A stretch of 64,000 bases of DNA, from contig DDNC01000018.1 of assembly GCA_002340985.1 (NCBI GenBank), forward strand, positions 116,092 through 180,091. Direction: 5' to 3'. Source of the stretch: Firmicutes bacterium UBA2530 (GTDB taxonomy: Bacteria; Bacillota; Clostridia; Tissierellales; Sedimentibacteraceae). A model generated the notes under the pieces. The model searched no databases and was not told the origin of the DNA. It saw nothing but the letters and a program-made list of their open reading frames with translations. Positions 31,465-41,845 of this stretch are shown here, piece by piece. Position 1 is the stretch's first letter. Every line of letters starts with the position of its first letter. The position numbers and the translations under genes were made by a program.

Positions 31465-32349
31465 ATGAAAAATTTAAAGAAGTTACTTTTATTAGCATTA
31501 GTTTCAATATTGGCAATTACCGTGCTGGCAGGATGCCAGGGCAACGAGCAGGCACCTCCGAAGGCGGAAGAACCTACGGGAGCACCTGAACAAAAACCTG
31601 AAGAAACACTGAAAACAGAAACCAAGAAGGTTACTGTGGCAGCATCTCCAACACCTCATGCTGAAATACTGGCTCAGGTTAAAGAAGTATTAAAGGAAAA
31701 GGGATATGAGTTGGAAGTAGTTGAGTTTTCAGATTATGTACAGCCAAACCTGGTTGTTGATGCAGGAGATATAGATGCGAACTTTTTCCAGCACAAGCCA
31801 TATTTAGATGATTTCAACAAGGAAAAAGGAACAAAATTAGCATCCATAGCACAGATACACTATGAGCCGCTGGGAGTATATGCAGGAAAATCATCAGATT
31901 TGAAAAACATACCTGATGGTGCATCAATTGCAGTGCCAAATGATACAACAAATGAAGCAAGAGCACTTTTACTTCTTGAAGCTAACGGATTGATAAAGAT
32001 AAGAGAAGGTGCGGGACTGGCAGCTACAAAGAATGACATAGCCGAAAATCCACACAATATAGAAATAGTGGAGCTTGAAGCTGCTCAGGTTGCAAGAGTT
32101 ATAACAGATGTTGATTTTGTGGTATTAAACGGAAATTATGCACTGAGTGCAGGACTGGATGTTGCAGATGCTGTTGCAAAGGAAGAGCAGGATTCAGAAG
32201 CAGCACAGACATATGCAAACATAATAGTTGTTAAAGAAGGCAATGAAAACAATGAAGGTGTAAAAGCCCTGATAGATGCTTTAAAGAGCGACAAAGTAAA
32301 ACAGTATATCAATGAAACGTATAAAGGTGCGGTTGTTGCAATAGACTAA
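31465..32349 (+). CDS. metQ: Methionine ABC transporter lipoprotein
   Basis: Lipobox LAGC; DYVQPN, DANFFQHKPYL, PNDTTNEARAL. Confidence 0.92.
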   Translation: MKNLKKLLLLALVSILAITVLAGCQGNEQAPPKAEEPTGAPEQKPEETLKTETKKVTVAASPTPHAEILAQVKEVLKEKGYELEVVEFSDYVQPNLVVDAGDIDANFFQHKPYLDDFNKEKGTKLASIAQIHYEPLGVYAGKSSDLKNIPDGASIAVPNDTTNEARALLLLEANGLIKIREGAGLAATKNDIAENPHNIEIVELEAAQVARVITDVDFVVLNGNYALSAGLDVADAVAKEEQDSEAAQTYANIIVVKEGNENNEGVKALIDALKSDKVKQYINETYKGAVVAID

Positions 32350-32401
32350 TATTCATGAAAAAAGAGAGGAATTTTTTGGTATAAGATTCCTCTCTTTAAT
32401 T

Positions 32402-34201
32402 TTATTTCAGAGATATAAATACGAACATGCTGCCGCTTACATTTATTCTGTCTCCGTCTTTGTCTGCACCTATATTGTTCACTATAATTTTCACATGTAT
32501 TTTTTCATTCTGACCTGAGGCCGTTAGATCCTCCGGTGACATTAGGTTCTTTGACTCAGATGCACTTTTAAATAATCTGTCAACAAGCTCCTTCAGCGAA
32601 ATGTCGATTATATGGCTGTTGTCTTCATCAAATATTGATACCGTTACGTCTCCTGCTACGTCAGATTTTTGCTTTATTACATACCTGCTGTTCTCAAGCA
32701 GGAAGCTGCCGGACTCGGAATACTCACTACCGCCGCCTATGTTGACTCTGATAAATTTATCAAAACCCGAAATATCAATATCCCGACTTTCATCCAGACT
32801 TGCATATACATATCTTGGAGTTTCGACCGGTACAGGCTCGAATCTGTCATAATACGGCTCGAATCCGTATACCCGTTTAAAGCTGATGTAATATTCGGAA
32901 TCGGATGCATATTCTTTCGGGAACCACTCTACTTCCTTTAAATATCCCATTCTTTCCATATAGTTCGAAATGCTTGTTATTTCAAATTTATCATTATTTG
33001 AGACCTCTTTTTTCGGGACTATTTTGCCCTCCGACAGCATTTCGTTTCTTATCAGAATCTCTTCAAGTCTTAATTCCTGGCTGTGTTTTGAAACCGTGAA
33101 CGCATCGACAGGAGGTATGATTGACAGCAAGGCAAATATGGCTGCAAGAAGTACTATAATATTTGAATTCTTGCTTTTTCTGAACAGGAGAACCAAGGCA
33201 CACAATACCGAGAATACTCCGAACAGCACAACATAGTATCTTGATTCAGTTATGCCGTATGCTTCAATCCTTATATAGGAGGAAGCAAGCTGCATGGCTG
33301 CAAGTGGTATGAGCACCGGAGGAAATACCTTCCTGAAGAAAACAGAAAAGCGGTTCTCAAGGCCGGCGCACAGTATATAAATGAACCAGCCTGCCCCGGA
33401 ATACGCCAGAACCATAGGACCAACTTGACCTACAGGCCATATGCCCGTAATTATTATTTTAATGAAGTAAATTATCAATACCACAGAGAAAATTGATATT
33501 AAAGGGATTAGTATATATGAAACCAATATATCCAATACCCTGGGGTAGCTGTAAGCAATTTCTTTTTTACGTATATCATTTTCTTCATCGGAATTAAACT
33601 CAGGAAGAAGAGAAAGATAATATACAGGGGTGAAAAATGTATAAATTATATTGGCTATATGCGTATATATCCTGGAATCAAAGTTGTACAGCAATATATC
33701 TATGGCTCCGAAAATAGCCGTAAACCCAAGAAACATAACAATCCCGTAAAGAATTGCAGTAACTGCCGCCTTGAAGTGTGAAAGGGCTATTTTGCTGAAA
33801 TCAGCCTTGTCTCCGGAGGACGGAACGTATAGATAAGCTGATGTCAGAGCAAATGAGATAACGAGAAAATGTACAACCATTGATTGTGACATATGGTTAT
33901 CCGTCATTAAAAAATAATATGCTGCGGACAAAATAATTGTACCGAGGTTAAACACAAGTTTACATTTTGAAAGCTTCACAAAACGCTCAAGCACAAACTG
34001 CACATACACTGCTGTCAGAGTGCCGAACATCCCGGTAAAAACCAGCCTTTCCAAAAATTCATCATTTATATAATCCCGTTCAATTACGTTGAACATAACA
34101 ATGTACAAGAAAATCAAGTATATAAGCACAACAGGAAATCTAAACATTGTGCTTTTTAAATTTGAGGCTGTATTGACAAAAATATTTTTTATTCTGCTCA
34201 T
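32402..34201 (-). CDS. DUF4153-like membrane protein (start uncertain)
   Basis: Many TM segments; RI.AYGITESRY motif; soluble C-terminal domain. Confidence 0.7.
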   Translation of the reverse strand: MSRIKNIFVNTASNLKSTMFRFPVVLIYLIFLYIVMFNVIERDYINDEFLERLVFTGMFGTLTAVYVQFVLERFVKLSKCKLVFNLGTIILSAAYYFLMTDNHMSQSMVVHFLVISFALTSAYLYVPSSGDKADFSKIALSHFKAAVTAILYGIVMFLGFTAIFGAIDILLYNFDSRIYTHIANIIYTFFTPVYYLSLLPEFNSDEENDIRKKEIAYSYPRVLDILVSYILIPLISIFSVVLIIYFIKIIITGIWPVGQVGPMVLAYSGAGWFIYILCAGLENRFSVFFRKVFPPVLIPLAAMQLASSYIRIEAYGITESRYYVVLFGVFSVLCALVLLFRKSKNSNIIVLLAAIFALLSIIPPVDAFTVSKHSQELRLEEILIRNEMLSEGKIVPKKEVSNNDKFEITSISNYMERMGYLKEVEWFPKEYASDSEYYISFKRVYGFEPYYDRFEPVPVETPRYVYASLDESRDIDISGFDKFIRVNIGGGSEYSESGSFLLENSRYVIKQKSDVAGDVTVSIFDEDNSHIIDISLKELVDRLFKSASESKNLMSPEDLTASGQNEKIHVKIIVNNIGADKDGDRINVSGSMFVFISLK

Positions 34202-34401
34202 ATGGCTGATTGTACAATGCAACCATTGTACTCTCCTTTCTATATTGTTTATTACCATATTTATTAGACGTAAAAATTATATATTTGTTTCATAGTGTTA
34301 GTATGTTTATACCAATAAAATTAGTTTATTAATCTTAATTTTTTTGTTTTTCTGCCGAACTATATTGAATATGACAAATATTATAATGCAGAAGGAAAAT
34401 C

Positions 34402-35721
34402 ATGGAACACAATAATAATAGGTTTCACGGATATTTAACTGAGCAGATGAACAGCTGGCTTAATAAAATAAGCGGTATTTCCGCATTGAACAAGGCATTT
34501 GCTTCGTTTCCTCTTACAAGCGAATTAAAGCCCGTGCTTGATGAAATAAGCGTAGAATTCAGTAAGCTTGACAAACTGATACAGCTTATTGAGAACATGA
34601 ATAAAGATGTATCCTTCGACGGAATATTAAATTACATATATTCTACTTTTTCCGAATTCATCCCATATTCACATATAGGAATAGCACTGCTGAAGGACAA
34701 TGGCAGAGTGCTGGAGGGTTCATATGGAAGATCCGACGAAGCATTGGAAAGCCTGCCTAAAAAGCTGGTGGGACTCAGGGCGGAAGTAAGTGAGACCAGT
34801 CTTGTAGGTATAGTTCGTGATGGCACGCCAAGGGTAATAAACGACCTTTACAGCTATACACAGCACAAGGACGCCCAATATAACAGAATATTGATTGAGG
34901 CAGGAATAAAGTCCTCTATTACATTGCCGTTAAAGGTCAATGAAAAGCCCATAGGTATAATATTCTTTTCAAATACAAATAAAGATGTTTATAGAGAAGA
35001 GCACATAGAGTTTTTAAAAACATTATCAAACAGCATTGCCATAAGTCTGAACAAAAATATTTTTATCGATGAAATGCTTTATTCAACTCTTCTGGCACTC
35101 ACTAAAATGGCGGAGGCCCGTGATGAGGACACCGGAGATCATCTTGAGAGGATGAAAGAATATTCTGTGAGAATAACAGAATTTCTCATAGAGGACAATA
35201 TGTATGAGGAAGAAATCACAATAGCCTTTTTAAAGGGAATAGAAAGATTCAGTCCCATGCATGATATAGGTAAAGTCGGGGTAAAGGACGGGGTTTTGCT
35301 GAAACCCGGCAGGCTGACAGATGATGAGTTTGGCGAAATGAAAAAGCATGTTATTTACGGTGTTGATGTACTGAAAACTGCCGAAAAGAATATTGCCAAG
35401 CAGAAGTACAGCATGTTTAAAATGGGGATTGAAATTGTAGAGGGTCATCATGAAAAGTGGAATGGTACGGGATACCCTTACAGGAAGGCCGGTACGGATA
35501 TTCCTCTCAGTGCAAGAATCGTCGCGATTGCTGATGTGCTTGACGCACTCACAAGCAAGAGGCCATATAAAGACGCATACAACTTTGAGGAAAGCATGAA
35601 TTATATAATTAATGAAAAAGGACGCCATTTCGACCCGTATATAATTGAATCGCTTATAAAGCATAAGAAGGAAATGAAAATTCTTTATGACAGCTTTCAA
35701 AACAATGAGCCGTCTGAATAA
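34402..35721 (+). CDS. GAF plus HD-GYP c-di-GMP phosphodiesterase
   Basis: GAF region (SSITLPL...IGII); HDIGK, HHEKWNGTGYP, ADVLDAL..KRPYK. Confidence 0.88.
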   Translation: MEHNNNRFHGYLTEQMNSWLNKISGISALNKAFASFPLTSELKPVLDEISVEFSKLDKLIQLIENMNKDVSFDGILNYIYSTFSEFIPYSHIGIALLKDNGRVLEGSYGRSDEALESLPKKLVGLRAEVSETSLVGIVRDGTPRVINDLYSYTQHKDAQYNRILIEAGIKSSITLPLKVNEKPIGIIFFSNTNKDVYREEHIEFLKTLSNSIAISLNKNIFIDEMLYSTLLALTKMAEARDEDTGDHLERMKEYSVRITEFLIEDNMYEEEITIAFLKGIERFSPMHDIGKVGVKDGVLLKPGRLTDDEFGEMKKHVIYGVDVLKTAEKNIAKQKYSMFKMGIEIVEGHHEKWNGTGYPYRKAGTDIPLSARIVAIADVLDALTSKRPYKDAYNFEESMNYIINEKGRHFDPYIIESLIKHKKEMKILYDSFQNNEPSE

Positions 35722-35742
35722 CCAGACGGCTCTATTTTATTA

Positions 35743-36303
35743 TTATCTTATTGCTTTCATTGCCGTACTCCAAGAAATCACCTGATTCAGAAGGTCATCC
35801 ACTTCACCCTCGTGCCTTGGGTCGGGCTTAAATTCACTCATATTTACGAAATCCGTAAACAGGTTCAGCATTACCTGTGCTCTTACGTCTGCCATATGAA
35901 GCTCTCCTGCAACAGTTCTGAGATGCTCAACGGCACGGGCGCCACCTGCACTTCCGTAGCTAACAAATCCTGCCGCTTTGTTTTTCCATTCCACGTTCAG
36001 AAAATCTATTGCATTTTTAAGGGCTCCCGGAATGCTGTGGTTATATTCTGCAGTTACGAAGATGTAACCGTCAAATTCATTTATTTTCTGCGACCATTTC
36101 TTGGTGTGTTCCTTTGTGTACTGCTGCATCATTGCCGGATAAGGCTCATCGTAAAGTGGTAAATTGTAATCGGCTACATCCACAAGCTCAAATTCTGCAT
36201 CTGTTCTCTTTTTTGCCAGCTCGTAAAACCACTTGGCAACTGCTTCTCCGTTTCTTCCCGGTTTTGTGCTTCCCAATATAACAGCTATTTTAATCATATT
36301 CAT
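35743..36303 (-). CDS. NADPH-dependent FMN reductase
   Basis: GSTKPGR, EYNHSIPGALKNAID, SYG..GG.RA. Confidence 0.88.
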   Translation of the reverse strand: MNMIKIAVILGSTKPGRNGEAVAKWFYELAKKRTDAEFELVDVADYNLPLYDEPYPAMMQQYTKEHTKKWSQKINEFDGYIFVTAEYNHSIPGALKNAIDFLNVEWKNKAAGFVSYGSAGGARAVEHLRTVAGELHMADVRAQVMLNLFTDFVNMSEFKPDPRHEGEVDDLLNQVISWSTAMKAIR

Positions 36304-36535
36304 TCCTCCTGTTGATATCTATCTGATTTGTAATAACAATTACTTTCATATAATCAATATACCCAAAAACAAGGCTCGAAAACATCAAAAAAGTTGTCGC
36401 AATATGCCGCAAAACATTGCTTTATAGCAGTTAATTAGTGATTATCAAAGAAATTTTATGTATTGTAATGATAATTGCAATATGATAATATAAAATCATT
36501 ACAGCATTTATCATAAACAGAAGGGAATAGTAGTT

Positions 36536-37408
36536 ATGAGAAATTATGTTATTGTTACAGAATCGACAGCAGATCTTCCGGCAGGTATGATTGATGAATT
36601 GGGGATAAAGGTAATACCTATGGGGTTTGGTTTTGAAAATGAAAGCTATTTAAATTACCCTGATCACAGAGAATTGGATATAAAAAAATTTTACAGCAGA
36701 GTAAAAAATGGTGAGCGCTCAACCACAACACTTATTAACGTAAAAACATTTGAGGAATATTTTGAGCCCATATTGCAGGCAGGAGAAGATATTCTTTATG
36801 TAGGCTTCTCTTCAGGTCTCAGCGGAACGTTTAACTCCTCCATGATAGCTGCAGAAGGACTGAGAGAAAAGTACACAGATGCTAAAATTGAATGTATTGA
36901 TACGCTGGCGGCATCAATGGGAGAGGGATTGCTTGTATACCATGCAGCCATGAAAAAACGTGAAGGAATGGATATTGACGATGTTAAGAACTGGCTTCTT
37001 GACAACAGGCTGCACATGTGCCACTGGGTAACGGTTGATGACCTTAACCACCTCAAAAGGGGAGGCAGAATCAATGCAATGACGGCTACTCTGGGAACTG
37101 CTCTCAATGTCAAGCCGATTATACATGTGGATGACGAAGGTCACCTGATACCTGTAGGAAACGTAAGAGGACGTAAAAAATCTATTCAGACCTTGTTCGA
37201 GCATATGGAGGCAACGGCGATAAGGCCTGAAAATCAGGTTGTTTTTATAAGCCACGCTGACAGCCAGGATGATACGGAGTATCTTGCATCCCTTATAAAG
37301 GCAAAATTAAACGTAAAGGATGTAGTTTGCAATTACATAGGACCTGTAGTAGGCTCGCATACAGGGCAAGGTGCAATAGCTCTGTTCTTTATTGGGACGG
37401 AAAGATAG
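36536..37408 (+). CDS. DegV/FakB fatty-acid-binding protein
   Basis: TESTADL, SSGLSGT, LKRGGRI, SHTG. Confidence 0.9.
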   Translation: MRNYVIVTESTADLPAGMIDELGIKVIPMGFGFENESYLNYPDHRELDIKKFYSRVKNGERSTTTLINVKTFEEYFEPILQAGEDILYVGFSSGLSGTFNSSMIAAEGLREKYTDAKIECIDTLAASMGEGLLVYHAAMKKREGMDIDDVKNWLLDNRLHMCHWVTVDDLNHLKRGGRINAMTATLGTALNVKPIIHVDDEGHLIPVGNVRGRKKSIQTLFEHMEATAIRPENQVVFISHADSQDDTEYLASLIKAKLNVKDVVCNYIGPVVGSHTGQGAIALFFIGTER

Positions 37409-37416
37409 GATATAAC

Positions 37417-39576
37417 GTGCTGAATTTTAATAAAATTTCAGATAAACTTTTTGAATTTAATAAAAAGCTGGAGAATATACCTCTGCTGGTTTCTGTAAGA
37501 AACGGTCTTACGTACATGATTCCTCTCATACTTTTAGGCTCTATGGCTCTGTTGCTTTTAAGCCTGCCTATTCCTGCCTATCAAAGTATGATGGGAGAAA
37601 TCTTCGGTGAAGAGTGGAAAAATATTTTCATGTATGTGCAGGATGGAACACTTAATATTCTTTCCCTGCTCATGGTTGTGTGTGTCAGCTATTCTTTTGC
37701 TATTGAGGGCAATGAAAAAAACAGGCATATCAGTCCCATAATCGTGCCGGCGGTATCACTATGCTCATTTATAGCAATATCCGGTATCAGCGGTGCAGGA
37801 TTTTCAATATCGAAGTTTGGAGCCGTTGGTATTTTTGCAGCTATGCTGACATCTATTATATCTTCGGTCATATTTATAAAGCTGAGTTCCATTGATTTTT
37901 TCAGGATAAATGTATTCACGGACGGTGCGGGCACTTTGCTTAACAATGCAATGTCGGCCCTTTTTCCGACAGCTATTACCGTGGGAATATTTGCGGTTTT
38001 TAACCTGCTGATGGTGTCTGTTTTCAAAATATCTGATATCCAGGAGTTCTTGTCCTCCGCTCTTCTCAGCTTATTCTCAAGAAGTGATTCCGATTTTTCA
38101 AGCGGTATTTTATTTATATTTTTGATTCATATTTTATGGTTTTTCGGTATACATGGAAGCAATGTTCTGGAACCTGTGGCACAGGCAATATTTGTACCTG
38201 CTCTTGCCGAGAATGCCGCATTAGTTATGTCAGGGCAGAATCCTCCATGGATTGTTACAAAGACATTTCTTGATACTTTTGTATTAATGGGAGGCTGCGG
38301 TACAACGCTTTGCCTTATCGCCGCAATTTTGATTTCGGGGAAGCATAAAAATCAGCTGCACCTGGCAAAAATGTCATTTTTGCCGATTGTGTTCAACATC
38401 AACGAGCTGATAATATTTGGAATGCCCATAGTATTGAATCCTGCGTACTTTATCCCCTTTTTAGGAGTACCGGTGGTTCTTACGATAGTTTCCTATTTAT
38501 GCGTATACTTAGGGTTTGTGCCCCATACATTTCAGGCGGTGGAGTGGACAACCCCAATTTTCTTAAGTGGTTATATTTCAACAGGTTCCATAAATGGAAG
38601 CATATTGCAGCTGTTTAACCTGGTTTTAGGTACTCTTTGCTATATTCCTTTTGTGAAGCTTGCGGAAAGTGTGTCTAATTCCAGAATGAAGAAAAGCCTT
38701 GACAAGGTATACACTACATTTAAGCAGTGTGAAGGAAGAGGCATGGTTTTATCTATGTTAAGCAGGCAAGATGATATCGGGAGCATTTCAAGGTTTTTGG
38801 CAATAAACCTGGAGTATGATTTAGAAAATGGAGATATTTCCTTATTTTATCAGCCTCAGGTAAATTTTGAGGGACGTGTCACGGGAGTGGAAGCTCTGCT
38901 CAGATGGAAGCCCAACAGATATGATTACATTTATCCTCCCTTAGTTATCGCATTGGCTGACGAAGCTCAGCTTATGGACAGGTTGGGGTATTGGATACTG
39001 GAAACGGCCTGTCGCGATTTGAAGAAAATTCATGAAGCAGGCTTAGAGGATATTGTGGTTTCAGTAAATGTTTCTGCCGTACAGTTGGAAAACAAACAAT
39101 TTTCAGACAAACTTGAAGTAATTATGAAAAAATATGATATAGACCCACGCCGATTGAAAATTGAAATAACAGAGCAAATAGCCCTTACCAGTGGCGCAAG
39201 AATTATAGACCAGATTATAGCTATGAAGAAGTTAGGAGTAAGACTTGCAATGGATGATTTCGGAATGGGGCACAGCTCCCTGATGTATTTAAAGGAATAT
39301 GATTTTGATACAATCAAGCTTGACGGTGCCCTCGTTAAGGAAATAATGTCTAAAAGCAGTTGCAGCAACATAATATCATCCATCATATCCCTCGGAAAAT
39401 CATTAAACTATTCCGTAATTGCCGAATATGTTGAAAAAGAGGAACAGAAGCACATCCTCCACGAGCTTGGATGCGACAGCTACCAGGGATACCTCTTTAG
39501 TGTTCCGCTGCCATACGACGATGTCGTAGAGTATATATTGCGCACAAACGTAAACATTGAAGCAGAATCAAGCTAG
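37417..39576 (+). CDS. PTS EIIC (cellobiose/lactose type) fused to EAL c-di-GMP phosphodiesterase
   Basis: WFFGIHG, MGGCG.T, FNINE.IIFG.PIVLNP (EIIC); YQPQV, EALLRW, EITE, DDFG, IKLD, AEYVE, QGYLFS (EAL); GTG start at 37417. Confidence 0.88.
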   Translation: MLNFNKISDKLFEFNKKLENIPLLVSVRNGLTYMIPLILLGSMALLLLSLPIPAYQSMMGEIFGEEWKNIFMYVQDGTLNILSLLMVVCVSYSFAIEGNEKNRHISPIIVPAVSLCSFIAISGISGAGFSISKFGAVGIFAAMLTSIISSVIFIKLSSIDFFRINVFTDGAGTLLNNAMSALFPTAITVGIFAVFNLLMVSVFKISDIQEFLSSALLSLFSRSDSDFSSGILFIFLIHILWFFGIHGSNVLEPVAQAIFVPALAENAALVMSGQNPPWIVTKTFLDTFVLMGGCGTTLCLIAAILISGKHKNQLHLAKMSFLPIVFNINELIIFGMPIVLNPAYFIPFLGVPVVLTIVSYLCVYLGFVPHTFQAVEWTTPIFLSGYISTGSINGSILQLFNLVLGTLCYIPFVKLAESVSNSRMKKSLDKVYTTFKQCEGRGMVLSMLSRQDDIGSISRFLAINLEYDLENGDISLFYQPQVNFEGRVTGVEALLRWKPNRYDYIYPPLVIALADEAQLMDRLGYWILETACRDLKKIHEAGLEDIVVSVNVSAVQLENKQFSDKLEVIMKKYDIDPRRLKIEITEQIALTSGARIIDQIIAMKKLGVRLAMDDFGMGHSSLMYLKEYDFDTIKLDGALVKEIMSKSSCSNIISSIISLGKSLNYSVIAEYVEKEEQKHILHELGCDSYQGYLFSVPLPYDDVVEYILRTNVNIEAESS

Positions 39577-39655
39577 TAATTCTGTATAATCAATGTAAGT
39601 CCTGATGGAACATTAATTCATAAATTACGTCTTATTAATAAATAGGAGGTATATT

Positions 39656-40000
39656 ATGAATAGAAAGATTATGTGGATTATATTGTTAATGGCAGTAGTT
39701 TTTGCTGCAATATCAGTTATAAATTTAAAAGGAAAAAATGATATTAACGATGCTGTATCGTTTTCTGCAACGGTTTTGGAGAATAATCAGGTATCCATAT
39801 TAGTAGAACCATTTGCAGGTGAAGACGAATTGAAATCAAGCGACAAAATAGTGGTTAGGGTTGCTGAGAACTCTGCAACTCTCAAGGATTTATCCGACTT
39901 TACGCCGGGAACTAAGGTAATGGTTACTTATAACGGCATTATCATGGAAAGCTATCCTGCACGAATAAATGCTTACAATGTTGAAAAAATAAACTATTGA
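39656..40000 (+). CDS. Small exported OB-fold protein (DUF3221/YobA-like)
   Basis: N-terminal TM or signal; G.KV.V.Y.G.IMESYPA.I.A motif. Confidence 0.7.
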   Translation: MNRKIMWIILLMAVVFAAISVINLKGKNDINDAVSFSATVLENNQVSILVEPFAGEDELKSSDKIVVRVAENSATLKDLSDFTPGTKVMVTYNGIIMESYPARINAYNVEKINY

Positions 40001-40047
40001 CACGCCAGGTGTTTCAGGTTATAATAGCACTTGCTGTAAAGCATTTT

Positions 40048-40134
40048 GGAGAGTTGTCCGAGTGGTTTAAGGAGCACGCCTGGAAAGCGTGTATACGGGG
40101 AACCGTATCGAGGGTTCGAATCCCTCATTCTCCG
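40048..40134 (+). tRNA. tRNA-Ser (anticodon GGA), CCA not encoded
   Basis: GGAGAGT/ATTCTCC acceptor stem; CACGC-CT-GGA-AA-GCGTG anticodon arm; long variable arm; GGTTCGAATCC T-arm; TTGACA/TATAAT promoter just upstream. Confidence 0.95.
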
Positions 40135-40140
40135 TAAGGT

Positions 40141-40190
40141 TATCAGGCTAAAGCAGATGCAAATTGCATTTGTTTTAGCCTGATATTTTA
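40141..40190. terminator. Long hairpin terminator after tRNA-Ser
   Basis: TATCAGGCTAAAGCAGATGCAA/TTGCATTTGTTTTAGCCTGATA. Confidence 0.7.
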
Positions 40191-40286
40191 TTTCTGCAAT
40201 TATTATGCCGAAAGTATAATTGAAGGGGATTACAATTCATTGAGCAAGCAGTGCAGGTGGAATCATATTCTTATTTATGTAAAACT

Positions 40287-40916
<630 letters not shown>

Positions 40917-41029
40917 TTAATTATAACAAGAGGTCAAAATAATATTCGGCTTATTTATATATTTTTTATTACTAAGTTAGTTTTTTACGGTAAATGCCCA
41001 AAACAGAACATTTTCAGTAGTTATAAAAC

Positions 41030-41183
41030 TGCTAAAAAGGTACACCTTAATAGCATTATAATTAGATATAATTATGCAAAATGTATTATAAACCAAATTA
41101 TGACAAAAGTCAACAAATTTCGACTGTTTTATATTTTAAAATTGCGTATTTATACTGAGTTATTAAGGTGTACCTTTACATCA
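41030..41183. repeat. Pair of inverted hix-like recombination sites flanking a putative invertible segment
   Basis: Perfect 17-bp inverted repeat AAAGGTACACCTTAATA (41036-41052) / TATTAAGGTGTACCTTT (41161-41177); each site is AAGGT-NN-ACCTT with an asymmetric core. Confidence 0.8.
41085..41113 (-). promoter_or_regulatory. sigma-A promoter inside the putative invertible segment, currently facing the recombinase
   Basis: Minus strand TTGACT-N17-TATAAT. Confidence 0.72.
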
Positions 41184-41320
41184 TAATTTACTTAAAAAAG
41201 GAAAATAATTAACTTTAATCAGCACTATTTATTTAATTTGTTGTATTTAAAAAGGATAATGATATTTAACCAAATATTCAAGCTTTTTTATGAAAACTAA
41301 CAAAGAAAGGAGGTAATTCA

Positions 41321-41812
41321 ATGACTAAGGCAATAAATCCAGAATTAATCGATGATTTTGAAGATTCGCAAAAAGGAAAGTTTCTAATCTTTTCTGTGGG
41401 AAATGAGATGTATGGAATTGAAATTCAGTATGTTACTGAGATTGTTGGCATTCAGCCTGTTACTGAAGTTCCGGAGTTTCCTGAAAATATTATAGGAGTT
41501 ATTAATTTGCGTGGCAAGATCATTCCTGTTATGGATGTACGGCTTCGTTTTAAAAAGCCGCTTCGTAAATACGATAGCAGGACTTGTATTATTGTAATAG
41601 ATTCCAAAGCTACTACTGTTGGATTAATTGTAGACAGTGTGTCAGAGGTTTTAGAAATACAGGAAGAGGATATTGTATCCCCTCCCGACATGAAAAGTTG
41701 TGGGTCAAGCTATTTAAAAGCGATAGGAAGGATTGGAAATGATATCAAATTACTTTTAGATTGCGAAAGGTTTTTGGGAGACGAAGAAAAAGAGCTTTTG
41801 AACGTTAATTGA
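41321..41812 (+). CDS. cheW: Chemotaxis coupling protein CheW
   Basis: YGIEIQYVTEI, GVINLRGKIIPV.D.R.RF, GLIVDSV.EV. Confidence 0.93.
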   Translation: MTKAINPELIDDFEDSQKGKFLIFSVGNEMYGIEIQYVTEIVGIQPVTEVPEFPENIIGVINLRGKIIPVMDVRLRFKKPLRKYDSRTCIIVIDSKATTVGLIVDSVSEVLEIQEEDIVSPPDMKSCGSSYLKAIGRIGNDIKLLLDCERFLGDEEKELLNVN

Positions 41813-41845
41813 TTTGGTAATAATAATATTAAGGAGGCCGTTTAT

